A DNA stretch of 64,000 nt from Clostridia bacterium (GTDB lineage Bacteria; Bacillota; Clostridia; JAAYHZ01), in contig JBMNIH010000007.1 in assembly GCA_050950825.1 (NCBI GenBank), forward strand, positions 224,001-288,000, read 5' to 3'. The notes beneath the pieces are model-generated. The model did not search any database and was not told the DNA's origin. It was given only the letters and a program-made list of their open reading frames with translations. Below are positions 9,643 through 19,064 of the stretch, in pieces. Every line of letters starts with the position of its first letter. The first letter of the stretch is position 1. A program made the translations under genes and the position numbers.

Positions 9643-10548
9643 ATGGATATGGATAGTAGTAATGATATTAATATAAAGCAAAACACCGAAGAAATTCTTT
9701 TATATTTGTTTGCCCAGAGGAAATTGTACTCATTGAGTAAAAGAGCACTTCATATAATGTTATTTGTTAATCTTATTTTTTATGTTTTAGGATTAATCAA
9801 TACGATTCAGAGCAATAATTATTTTAAAGCGATATATGTTATTTGGGGGGTAACTTTTTGTATATTATATATTAGAGAAGGTGAAAGAATAAATACTGCT
9901 GCTACAATGCAGGAACTTATAGACAGAAAATTATATGGGTTCGATACATACGCTCCTTTTCTGAAAGTGACGAGCCTGCATAAAATAGCATTGGAATTAA
10001 AAACAAAGTTTCCAAAAGAGTTTATTGAACAAACAAGTCGTAATGGGCAGCAAAAAGGGGTTAAGGATTGGTATTCAGATGTATCAGGAGTTTCTATTGA
10101 AAAAGCAATTATACTTTGTCAAATAGAAAATAGTGATTGGGAAACTCAACTAAGAATGAAGTATCAAAAACTAAATATATTATTGCTTGTAATTTTGCTA
10201 TCAGTATATGTTGTTATTTTTTGGAATAATAGTGTAGAAAATTTAATAATAAAACTATACCCCATATTAACAATTGTAGTAGATAGACTTTCTTATATAT
10301 ATAAGAACTATAAAAACATTAAAAGTAGTAAAGATATTAACGATAGCCTATATCAAATTTATGAAAACATTGAGGAATTCACCAAAGAAGACATTTTAAA
10401 TAAAGCCAAAGAGATTCAACATTGTATTTATGAAAGAAGAAAAAACTTTTCTCCCATTCCCAATTTATTCTATCACCTAAATAGGGAGAAGTATCAAAGT
10501 TATTCGAACCAGTATATTTTGGATCTAAAGGAAAAACTAAAAAAGTAG
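9643..10548 (+). CDS. S-4TM putative pore-forming CBASS effector
   Basis: Two pairs of hydrophobic helices plus AQRKLY, QELIDRKLYG, KDWY, CQIENxxW and IQxxIYxRR...IPNxFY motifs typical of SMODS-associated 4TM effectors. It abuts the NTase; the start may be the ATG at 9649. Confidence 0.8.
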   Translation: MDMDSSNDINIKQNTEEILLYLFAQRKLYSLSKRALHIMLFVNLIFYVLGLINTIQSNNYFKAIYVIWGVTFCILYIREGERINTAATMQELIDRKLYGFDTYAPFLKVTSLHKIALELKTKFPKEFIEQTSRNGQQKGVKDWYSDVSGVSIEKAIILCQIENSDWETQLRMKYQKLNILLLVILLSVYVVIFWNNSVENLIIKLYPILTIVVDRLSYIYKNYKNIKSSKDINDSLYQIYENIEEFTKEDILNKAKEIQHCIYERRKNFSPIPNLFYHLNREKYQSYSNQYILDLKEKLKK

Positions 10549-10576
10549 GCCATGGTAATGTTCATACTACACTTAT
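10547..10576 (+). repeat. Diverged direct repeat of recombinase codons GHxNxHTTLI (partner at 5158-5187)
   Basis: AGGCCATGGTAATGTTCATACTACACTTAT vs AGGCCATAGCAATATTCACACTACGCTTAT, 25/30 identical. Confidence 0.75.
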
Positions 10577-10661
10577 CTGACTATTATGATTACATAATGT
10601 CAAAAGTACCAGAAAGTGAAAAAATTCCGCTTATATTATCCGGTGCACCCTTTTATTTAAC

Positions 10662-12053
10662 GATAGTGTCTTGTCAAGTGGTGTAAAATGATTTCTACTT
10701 TATCTTCCCTTCGTTTCATTTATGTAAGATAGCAATCGGAGCTAATGAAAACCCATTAGCCTGTGTAAGCTTTTCCATAGATTCTAAACTGAAGTATCGC
10801 CGCCCTACCTGCCATTCATCGTTCTGCTCCATAAGCATAGTACCTACAAGGCGAATAACGGCATCACGATTAGGAAATATGCATACAACATCAGTCCGAC
10901 GGCGTATCTCACGATTAAGCCGTTCCAATGGATTCGTAGAATGAATCTGTATCCAATGCTCACGGGGAAAGGCCATATACGCCAATATATCCTCTTCGGC
11001 TGCTTCAAGGATTTCCATTGCTTTCGGAAAACGCCCCCTCAGTTCATCTACCACATGTCTTAGCTGTTCCCTTGCGGATTCCTGATCATTTTGTGCAAAA
11101 ATGGTGCGTATGATTGAGGAGACCATTCCTTGGCACTTCTTCGGCACTTGGCTTAATACGTTCCGCATAAAATGTACTCGGCATCTTTGCCATGTGCTCC
11201 CGGTTAAAACCTTCTTTATGGCGGATTTTAACCCCTCATGGGCATCACTTACAACTAACTTCACCCCTTTAAGTCCCCTTGCTACAAGCTTTCTCAGAAA
11301 CTCTTCCCAAAAAGCTCCGTCTTCACTCATGCCGACATCAAAACCTAGTATCTCTCGTTCACCGGACTGATTTACACCTACGGCTATTACAAGTGCCATA
11401 CTGCATACTCTTCCACCTTCACGAACCTTAGGAAAAGTAGCATCAAGCCAAAGATAAGGGTATTCTCCTTCGAGTATGCGGTTCTTGAACTCGGTGACAA
11501 AGCCATCCAATTGCTTGCTGATCCCGGAAACTTCGCTTTTATCCATCCCTTTAATTCCGAGAGATTCTACCAACTCATCTACTTTTCTAGTGCTGACACC
11601 GTGCACATAAGCTTCCTGCACCACATTTAATAAAGCTTTTTCTGACATCTTCCGAGGCTCTAATAAACTTGGGAAATAGCTTCCATGCCTCAATTTGGGT
11701 ATGCTTAACTGTAACGTACCAAGGCGAGTATCCCATTCTCTTTGTCGGTATCCATTACGATGATTGTTCCGATTCTCACTTCGTTCATACTTTTCCGCAC
11801 CGATCATCGACGTAACTTCCGCATCCATCAGAGCATTGATTAACAGCGTAAGCGCTTCCTTTAAAAAATCCTTATCTTTTTCAACAACATACTTGCTAAG
11901 TTGCTCTAAAAGTGACATTCTATTTTTAGTAGCCACGGTATGACCTCCTTTACTTTATCTTTTTTATTTGAATCTAATAAAGTAAAAATCATATCGTGGT
12001 TACTCTTGTCAAGCATACTCCACGAAATTTACACCACTACTTAAGACTATAAC
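10662..12053 (-). mobile_element. IS256-family element
   Basis: Imperfect IRs sharing GTCTT...AGTGGTGTAAA; no target duplication visible. Confidence 0.85.
10716..11936 (-). CDS. IS256 (mutator-family) transposase
   Basis: RNGYR, PKLR, WLDA, VSDAHEGL, QRCRVHF and STNPLERLNREIRRR motifs. Confidence 0.93.
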   Translation of the reverse strand: MATKNRMSLLEQLSKYVVEKDKDFLKEALTLLINALMDAEVTSMIGAEKYERSENRNNHRNGYRQREWDTRLGTLQLSIPKLRHGSYFPSLLEPRKMSEKALLNVVQEAYVHGVSTRKVDELVESLGIKGMDKSEVSGISKQLDGFVTEFKNRILEGEYPYLWLDATFPKVREGGRVCSMALVIAVGVNQSGEREILGFDVGMSEDGAFWEEFLRKLVARGLKGVKLVVSDAHEGLKSAIKKVLTGSTWQRCRVHFMRNVLSQVPKKCQGMVSSIIRTIFAQNDQESAREQLRHVVDELRGRFPKAMEILEAAEEDILAYMAFPREHWIQIHSTNPLERLNREIRRRTDVVCIFPNRDAVIRLVGTMLMEQNDEWQVGRRYFSLESMEKLTQANGFSLAPIAILHK

Positions 12054-12054
12054 C

Positions 12055-12279
12055 AACCAACCGACTGCTGTTTTGATGTCGATTGAAAACTACAAGCAAA
12101 TTAAAAAATTACAAGAATTTTTTGAAAAGCTTGAGACACAAATATTACTTGAGCAAGCAATAGAAATTCAGAATAAATTAGATGAAAATCAAATGTTGAC
12201 TATGGAAGATGTTATGAATAAACATAACATTTCCGAAGAAGAACTGAAAAAGGCTATGGAAAGTGTGGAAATTGAATGA
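12055..12279 (+). pseudogene. Phd/YefM-type antitoxin, N-terminus removed at the IS256 end
   Basis: The frame reads NQPTAVLMSIENY... directly from the IS end, which matches the last strand of a Phd fold. It overlaps the toxin gene by ATGA. Confidence 0.7.
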
Positions 12280-12665
12280 TGTGGACCATAAAGTTTTCAC
12301 CTGAAGCAGATATAGACATTTCCAAATTGGATAGATCTTTAGTGTTACAAGTATTAGCAGAAATAAAAAAAGTTCGTTCTAATCCATTACCACATCCGAA
12401 TGGATATGGGAAACCTCTTGGTAACAAAGCAGGGAATAATTTGACAGGATTTTTTAAAATCAAGTATCGGGGAATCGGTATACGGGTAGTATACTCATTA
12501 GTTTTAAACAAACAAATTATGAATATTTTAATCATCTCAAAAAGGGATGATGATGAATGCTATAAAATGGCAGGGGCTCTTTATAAAAAGTATGGAAGTT
12601 CATTATTTGATGTAATTGGCATAAGAAGACGAACAGTTTTAGAGAAATTATCCCTAGCAGACTAA
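12276..12665 (+). CDS. RelE/ParE-family type II toxin
   Basis: WTIKFSPEA..DI, GKPLGN...LTGFFKIK and GIRVVY motifs; lies downstream of the antitoxin. Confidence 0.8.
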   Translation: MMWTIKFSPEADIDISKLDRSLVLQVLAEIKKVRSNPLPHPNGYGKPLGNKAGNNLTGFFKIKYRGIGIRVVYSLVLNKQIMNILIISKRDDDECYKMAGALYKKYGSSLFDVIGIRRRTVLEKLSLAD

Positions 12666-12806
12666 CGTATTGCTGTTAAGTACCTAAAATGACTGTTTTT
12701 TATTGTCTTTTATTAACAACCATTATGTAATAGCTTTGTTTGCGTGCCTACCTTTGGATTAGATGGACGGCGCCCCTTTGGGAATCATCCGCGATACCCG
12801 AAAAAA

Positions 12807-14216
12807 TCAATTCATTGTTATGAAAACACCGTCGCAGGAGCCGGGGGTAACCGTAATTTCATCCGTGTTTTCCGTTCTTGTCCGTTCGCCGTGTTCATAT
12901 ACCGAAACCGTATATTTCCGTGCGAATTTAACCGTGATATTCTGTGAAGCGTACGGGTCGTAAATGTTCCGGCAGTTTACCAGCATAAGCGCGTTTCTTC
13001 CCTGCGTGTTTGCAAAATATCCCGCCAGCGCGGTACTTTCGCTTTCAATGCTTTTTACCGCGGGAATACCCGTAAAGCCCTGCGCCTTGTTGTTCTTTTT
13101 CTGCTTTCTGCAGGCAAAAACGAAATGATGATTAAGTCTTTTTGCCTTTGCGAATTCGACTCCAAGGCTTCGGTAATCCTTCAGCACGGGCGACAGCTTG
13201 GCAATTTCCGCATTGACTCTTTTCACATAGAGGTACTGCTCCGTAAGGTTGCCGTTGTAGTCTATAATGCCGATGGCGTCCCTGCCCCAGACGGGATTGT
13301 AGGATGCATGGATAATGCTTCGGCAGCCGTAGCAAAGGGAGGCGTAAACCTGCCATTTTATCATTTCGAAGGTTGTCATGGTATATAAATGCGAAAACCA
13401 CCTCATCTGACTCTGGATGTAAAGCCAAAAATCCTTTCCGTCGCGGCGGCAGGCGTTGCCGATTGTGTGGTAGGTATTCAGGTACAATGACATTCCGATC
13501 TTGTTCAATATCCTTGACGGATGGAAGGGATAGACGTCAACCGAAAGATAATCGGATTCCACCATGGAAGGAAACTTATCGACGTATTCCGCATAGGAAT
13601 TTTCGCCCCACACGCTCTTTATCCCCCAGTCGGGCAGCAGATTCGTAAAGACGAATCGGTCGGGAAAATGCTTCCGATATGCGCGATGGAATTTTTGGAC
13701 AAACCCGAAATCGCTTGAATGGGGCTCGTCGGAACAACAGTCGCCCACGGATGCCGGATGCGGCACGAAACGGTCTAACGGCGACGGATTTTCAACATCG
13801 GCACTCAAAAGGATACTCTTTAGAAATTTGCGGTTCTCTTTGCCGATAACGGCGATATTGTATTTTTCGCACCAATCGAGGATTTTCTTCGCATACTCCC
13901 CGTCGTTGCCGTTGATGATGAAATCAAAGCCCGCCTCCGAAATCAGCTTGATGTCGTTTTCCGTCACCTCGGGAACCCTTCCGAAAATCGTTGTACCGGA
14001 AAGAATTCTGTTCCTGTCGAGTCTTCCCCCGATATTCGCGGGCTTTCTCTCAACCGGCTGTCCTAGCTTTCCTTCGATAATCAGTTTTTTGTCCCGCTTT
14101 CGAATTTCCGTTTCGTTCTTCGTTTTTGCGGGCGACACAAACGCCATAAAATCCATCAGCGCCGTCAGATATTTATTGTCAAAGATGTCCGCCGCAATCT
14201 TAAGCTTTTTCTTCAT
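12807..14216 (-). CDS. Hypothetical glycoside-hydrolase-like TIM-barrel protein
   Basis: SDEP and SVDVYPF motifs and a C-terminal beta domain, reminiscent of clan GH-A/beta-galactosidase-like proteins. Confidence 0.5.
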   Translation of the reverse strand: MKKKLKIAADIFDNKYLTALMDFMAFVSPAKTKNETEIRKRDKKLIIEGKLGQPVERKPANIGGRLDRNRILSGTTIFGRVPEVTENDIKLISEAGFDFIINGNDGEYAKKILDWCEKYNIAVIGKENRKFLKSILLSADVENPSPLDRFVPHPASVGDCCSDEPHSSDFGFVQKFHRAYRKHFPDRFVFTNLLPDWGIKSVWGENSYAEYVDKFPSMVESDYLSVDVYPFHPSRILNKIGMSLYLNTYHTIGNACRRDGKDFWLYIQSQMRWFSHLYTMTTFEMIKWQVYASLCYGCRSIIHASYNPVWGRDAIGIIDYNGNLTEQYLYVKRVNAEIAKLSPVLKDYRSLGVEFAKAKRLNHHFVFACRKQKKNNKAQGFTGIPAVKSIESESTALAGYFANTQGRNALMLVNCRNIYDPYASQNITVKFARKYTVSVYEHGERTRTENTDEITVTPGSCDGVFITMN

Positions 14217-14518
14217 AGAACTACACCCTTCCTCCGCCCCGCGTTTTGTAGGGCCGACCTCTGTTGAAGAATATTCACCTGTTTCTACTTGTTGTTTGTC
14301 CTCCGGATTATTCTACCTTAGGAACATCACAATTTCAATAAAAAGGATTTGTATCCTTTTTTGTGTAACCGCAAAAAAGGGCTGCAGAGAGCTTTATAAT
14401 ACATATTTTCAATCTTCCATTTTCCGTCCCGTTTATATACAATAATCCTGTACAACTTAAGTTTATTCAGCCTTACGGTCGGTACCGACATCATATCAAA
14501 GGTAAGGAGAATCGAATT

Positions 14519-16759
14519 ATGAGCAGGAAAATTCCGTGGGGAACTCGTGTAGCATGGTATTTCTACAACAATCCCGAGTTTTTTGAAAAAACCGATGAAG
14601 ATTTTGAGAACGATGCCAAGGAGCTTGCCGAAAGGGGCATAACGGTCGTGATCTTATTTACCATGACCCATTTTCGCTGGAGCTTCTACCCTTATTGGGA
14701 TCGTATCAACAATCTTTTGCGAAGGATTTGCAATGCCTTCCATAAGTACGGCATCAAAGTGGTGGAGCACCACAGTACAAGTCTTTGCGAATGCCCTCTT
14801 CCCGAAGAGGAATGGGAAGACCGGGTAGGAGGCATCTTCCGTGAAAGAGGCTTGTATTTTACCTCCGACAAAGCCCGCTACGGACCTTATCTTGACCGTT
14901 GGTCGAAAATCAAGCCGTTTTTGTGCAATCCGGATTCCAAGGTGGAGGGGGTTCCCTTCTTATCTATAGTCCAAGTAGACGGCCGCACGGGGGCTCGCTC
15001 CGTATCCAATTACCAAACGAGCACCGTTTGCTACAATAACGAAGACTTCAGGCGTATCTATTTTTCCTATCTGGAATCCCTGTACAAATGCGGAATCGAC
15101 GGAATCATGACGGACGACGTACAGTTTTTTAGCGGCGGGAACGCCTGCGCTTGTTCCGTATGCCGCCGTCTTTTCAAAGAACAAACCGGATACGATTTGC
15201 CTTCTCCCGAGGAGTGGAACCAAGGTTTTATCGGCAATTACGACAATCCGGTGTTTGTTGCTTTTAACAGGTTTAAGCTGGAGAGCGCAAAGCGCTTTCA
15301 ATTGGACGTGGATGCTCATTTTCGGTCTTTGGGATACGATATGATTCGCATCGACTATTTCGGATGCTCTCTTTCTTGGCCGAATACCACCTCCTATCCT
15401 TTTCATCAATGTGCCCACGCAAAAGACCTCATATTCCAAGAGAATACCCGCTTAAATGTAACAAAGCTTTCTTGGCCTTCCTATTACTGTGCCGCGGTTT
15501 ACCTGTACGAATTGGGAAAGATGTATGACATTCCTTCCATGTCCGTCTTTTACGATTCGAAGGACTTTAGCATCTATTTCGGTTGGGCCATGTCCATAGC
15601 ATGGGGGCAGATGTTCAACGGTTCTTTCCCTTATACCCAAGAAACGAAAAGGGCCATAAAGCTGCTTCATAATTTTGAACGCCGTTACCCCGACATTGTG
15701 TATAACCAAAAAAAGCGGGCCGATGCCGCCGTGTTCTTTTCCACGGACATGCAAGATATTTGGCATGATACGTCCTTGGACATATGGAAAGCCGTTCCCG
15801 CTTGGCTTCAAGCCGGTGCCTTTTCCGGATTGTGCATGAGCATTGTAACCCACAAACAAGCGGAGCAGGTATCGGAGCTTAGCAAAAACAAAATCATTAT
15901 TGTTCCGAACACCTTAATGCTAAAGGACAGTGAAATTCAAAATTTAGGCGCTTATGCGAAAGAGGGAGGACGTCTGGTTTTATGCGGACAAGTCGGTATT
16001 TATGATGAAAATATGCGCCCTCGGCCCTACGATCGTATTAAAGAATTGCTGCAAAGTACCGTTACCCTAAAGCCTCTTTCGGAAAGCTTGTCCGTAACCC
16101 TTCCGGATTTAAGCCCCATGCCCTTTAATACCGTATACGAAGGCGGGGAAGTGTTGTACAACACGGATAAAGGCGCCGCCTGTGTTCGCGAAAAAGTGGG
16201 CTTAGGTGAAATCATATACATCGGTGTGGAATCCCAAAAGATTCCCGTCCACGGGACCGCACGAGGCAATCGTCCTACGGCCATAAAAGCCTCGCAGGAC
16301 GCCGAGCAGCTGGCACGGCCGAATCTTGCTCCGAGATACGCCGTTGATACATTACGAGCCACATTGGGACGTTTCTTGCTCGGCTTGGTTTCCGAGCCTG
16401 TCCTTTATGCGGACAAACAGAAAGAATACTTTACCGCCGTTTTCGATTCTCACGACGGCAAAAGCCGTATTGTCCATTTGGTGAATATTAAGGATACGCT
16501 GCAAGCGGAAGGAACGCCATATGCCTTTGAAACGGTGATTCGTGCCTTTGACATATTCAACGAGAACGGAAACGTACCCGAAAAGAACGGGGCCATAACG
16601 CTGGATGTGGAATGCGATTTTACGCCTTCCGCCGTTCGGATTCTAACGCCGGAGCGAACGGAACCCGTTGAAGTGTCTTTTGATTACGGCAAAAGACTGC
16701 AAATTCGTATTCCCGAAAACATATTCTCCGGGTATGCGGCGGTGGAAATATGCAAATAG
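14519..16759 (+). CDS. Hypothetical glycoside hydrolase with a beta-galactosidase trimerisation-like (GATase1-like) domain
   Basis: IDGIMTDD, CACSVC metal motif, IIVPN...L..YAKEGGRLV; RBS AAGGAG. Confidence 0.55.
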   Translation: MSRKIPWGTRVAWYFYNNPEFFEKTDEDFENDAKELAERGITVVILFTMTHFRWSFYPYWDRINNLLRRICNAFHKYGIKVVEHHSTSLCECPLPEEEWEDRVGGIFRERGLYFTSDKARYGPYLDRWSKIKPFLCNPDSKVEGVPFLSIVQVDGRTGARSVSNYQTSTVCYNNEDFRRIYFSYLESLYKCGIDGIMTDDVQFFSGGNACACSVCRRLFKEQTGYDLPSPEEWNQGFIGNYDNPVFVAFNRFKLESAKRFQLDVDAHFRSLGYDMIRIDYFGCSLSWPNTTSYPFHQCAHAKDLIFQENTRLNVTKLSWPSYYCAAVYLYELGKMYDIPSMSVFYDSKDFSIYFGWAMSIAWGQMFNGSFPYTQETKRAIKLLHNFERRYPDIVYNQKKRADAAVFFSTDMQDIWHDTSLDIWKAVPAWLQAGAFSGLCMSIVTHKQAEQVSELSKNKIIIVPNTLMLKDSEIQNLGAYAKEGGRLVLCGQVGIYDENMRPRPYDRIKELLQSTVTLKPLSESLSVTLPDLSPMPFNTVYEGGEVLYNTDKGAACVREKVGLGEIIYIGVESQKIPVHGTARGNRPTAIKASQDAEQLARPNLAPRYAVDTLRATLGRFLLGLVSEPVLYADKQKEYFTAVFDSHDGKSRIVHLVNIKDTLQAEGTPYAFETVIRAFDIFNENGNVPEKNGAITLDVECDFTPSAVRILTPERTEPVEVSFDYGKRLQIRIPENIFSGYAAVEICK

Positions 16760-16828
16760 TTATATAAATTGAGTAACACCTTGATATATTTTTTATATAT
16801 CGACATCAAACATCTTTAGGAGGATAAA

Positions 16829-17146
16829 ATGATCGTTACAACTACACCGAATATTGAGGGAAAAAGGATTGTCGCTTACAAGGGCATCGTTTTCGGCGAA
16901 GTGGTCTCCGGCGTCAACTTTATAAAGGATTTTGCCGCAGGCTTGGCTAACTTTTTCGGAGGCCGTTCCGGCTCATACGAAGGCGAATTGATCGAAGCAA
17001 GGGAGGCGGCCATAAGGGAAATGAGCCAAAGGGCAATGAGCATAGGAGCCAATGCCGTTGTGGGAGTAGACATTGATTACGAAGTGCTAGGCCAAGGAAA
17101 CATGCTGATGGTGACGGCGTCCGGCACCGCGGTGGTGGTCGAATAA
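16829..17146 (+). CDS. ybjQ: YbjQ/UPF0145 family protein
   Basis: [11 protein letters not shown]...[13 protein letters not shown]...ASGTAV; RBS AGGAGG. Confidence 0.9.
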   Translation: MIVTTTPNIEGKRIVAYKGIVFGEVVSGVNFIKDFAAGLANFFGGRSGSYEGELIEAREAAIREMSQRAMSIGANAVVGVDIDYEVLGQGNMLMVTASGTAVVVE

Positions 17147-17159
17147 ACGGCAAAAAGAA

Positions 17160-19057
17160 GGGGCTGTTGCACTAAAAAGAAATAGTGCACAGCCTCTTTT
17201 TAATTGATAAAAAATAAATCCCGATGCCCAAGAAGCAAGGGATTTATGATAAAATAACAATATGAAAACCTTAAAACTTAATAAGAAGTATACATTTAAA
17301 CGAAGAAATTATCAACTAAAACTTCCAATAGAATTGGAATATAAAATTCCTGACGATGATCCGGTTCGCTTGTTGAGTCATTTTGTGGAGGAGATGGATT
17401 TAGAAGATTTGTATTCGACTTATTCTCGTATAAAGAGAAACCAAGCAAGCCCGCGTCAGATGCTTAAAATCTTAATTTACGCATACATGAATCATATTTA
17501 TTCATCAAGAGACATAGAAAAAGCATGTCGTCGCGATGTAAATTTTATGTACCTTTTAGAGGGTATGCCGGTACCTGATCATGCAACGTTTTCCAGGTTT
17601 CGAAGCTTGCATTTCACACCTTGTGCCAAAAGAATTTTGAGTGAAATGTCCGAATTTCTCTATGATATCGGAGAATTATCCGGCGACGCCATATTTATTG
17701 ACGGCACGAAAATAGAGGCGTGTGCAAACAAATACACTTTTGTCTGGAAAAGAGCGGTCACAAAAAATCAAGAGAAGTTGCTTGCAAAATTGGCGGATTT
17801 CTTCGCGGAATGCGAGGAAAAGTACGGAATCAAAATAGTATACAATAATCAAGTCGAAATGAAACACGTTAAAAAGTTACGCAAGAGACTGTATGCCATA
17901 AAGAAGGAAGAAAACATCGAGTTCGTACATGGAAAAGGGAAGAGAAAAACACCTTTCCAACGATCCATTGAGACTTTGGAGAATGATTTGGATAAGCTGA
18001 AGGAATATACGAAAAACATACATGTATGCGGAGACCGCAACAGTTTTTCAAAAACGGATCACGATGCGACGTTTATGAGAATGAAAGAGGACGCTATGGG
18101 CAACGGTCGGCTGAAAGCGGCATATAACATTCAGCATGGCGTTGACTCCGAGTACATAACATGGGTAACGGTGAATCAATGCACAACGGATGCACCGACT
18201 CTAATACCTTTTTTGAATGAAATGAGATCCCATTTAAAATTCAAATACAAAAAAGTTGTCGCGGACGCAGGATACGAAAGCGAAGAAAACTATATTTACT
18301 TGGATAAAAACGGCCAATCGGCGTATATTAAACCGTTAAATTACGAACAATCCAAAACCAAGAAATATAAAAATGACATTGGTCTTATGGAAAATATGGA
18401 ATACCATGCAGAAGGAGATTATTACGTCTGTCATAACAAGAGAAAACTTGTCGTTAGCGATATAATAAAGAAAAGAAGCAAAAACGGATTTTTGAGCGAG
18501 AAAACGTATACATGCGAAGATTGCAGTGATTGCTCCTTCAAAAGTAAATGTATAAAAGGAAATAGCAAGATTCCGTTGACTGAAAGGGTAAAAAGACTTC
18601 ACGTGGCGAAGGAATTTATCCGACAACGAGAAAAAGCCATGGAAAGAATACGGAGCGAAGAAGGCTGCATGCTTAGAATAAACAGAAGCATACAGGCGGA
18701 AGGATCTTTCGGAACAATAAAGCAGGACATGGGATTTCGGAGATTTTTGTGCAGAGGTAAGGCGAATGTACTTGCCGAGAGCATACTACTGGCTATGGCT
18801 TTTAACGTAAATAAGCTTCACAGTAAAATTCAAGCCGGACGAACCGGTACACATCTTTTTCAATTTGAAAATAGTGCTTAAGTGAAAACAAATTAAAGAA
18901 AAAGCCGATTATTACAAAAGGTGTATTAAGTGCACCCTTTTTTAGTAATCGGCTTCTTTGTTGATTAAAATTAATTAAAATTCCTTAAATTCAAGGTAAA
19001 ATATTGAAAAAGAGGCAGTGCATCAGAAGTTTAAAAAACCTCTAATGCAACAGCCCC
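17160..19057 (+). mobile_element. IS1182-family element, copy 2
   Basis: Perfect 12 bp IRs GGGGCTGTTGCA / TGCAACAGCCCC; sits between convergent genes. Confidence 0.92.
17262..18881 (+). CDS. IS1182 transposase (full-length ORF)
   Basis: SSRDIE, PDHATFSRFR, IDGTKIEA, TDHDATFMRMK, ADAGY and AEGSFG motifs. Confidence 0.92.
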   Translation: MKTLKLNKKYTFKRRNYQLKLPIELEYKIPDDDPVRLLSHFVEEMDLEDLYSTYSRIKRNQASPRQMLKILIYAYMNHIYSSRDIEKACRRDVNFMYLLEGMPVPDHATFSRFRSLHFTPCAKRILSEMSEFLYDIGELSGDAIFIDGTKIEACANKYTFVWKRAVTKNQEKLLAKLADFFAECEEKYGIKIVYNNQVEMKHVKKLRKRLYAIKKEENIEFVHGKGKRKTPFQRSIETLENDLDKLKEYTKNIHVCGDRNSFSKTDHDATFMRMKEDAMGNGRLKAAYNIQHGVDSEYITWVTVNQCTTDAPTLIPFLNEMRSHLKFKYKKVVADAGYESEENYIYLDKNGQSAYIKPLNYEQSKTKKYKNDIGLMENMEYHAEGDYYVCHNKRKLVVSDIIKKRSKNGFLSEKTYTCEDCSDCSFKSKCIKGNSKIPLTERVKRLHVAKEFIRQREKAMERIRSEEGCMLRINRSIQAEGSFGTIKQDMGFRRFLCRGKANVLAESILLAMAFNVNKLHSKIQAGRTGTHLFQFENSA

Positions 19058-19064
19058 TTTCTTC

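Noticed and set aside
9637-9651. In-frame TAG-ATG junction between the CBASS cyclase and effector, suggesting a read-through fusion
   Set aside because: The same abutting arrangement occurs at housekeeping junctions (50456/50457, 51463/51464), and an RBS (GAGGA) serves the second gene; translational coupling explains it.
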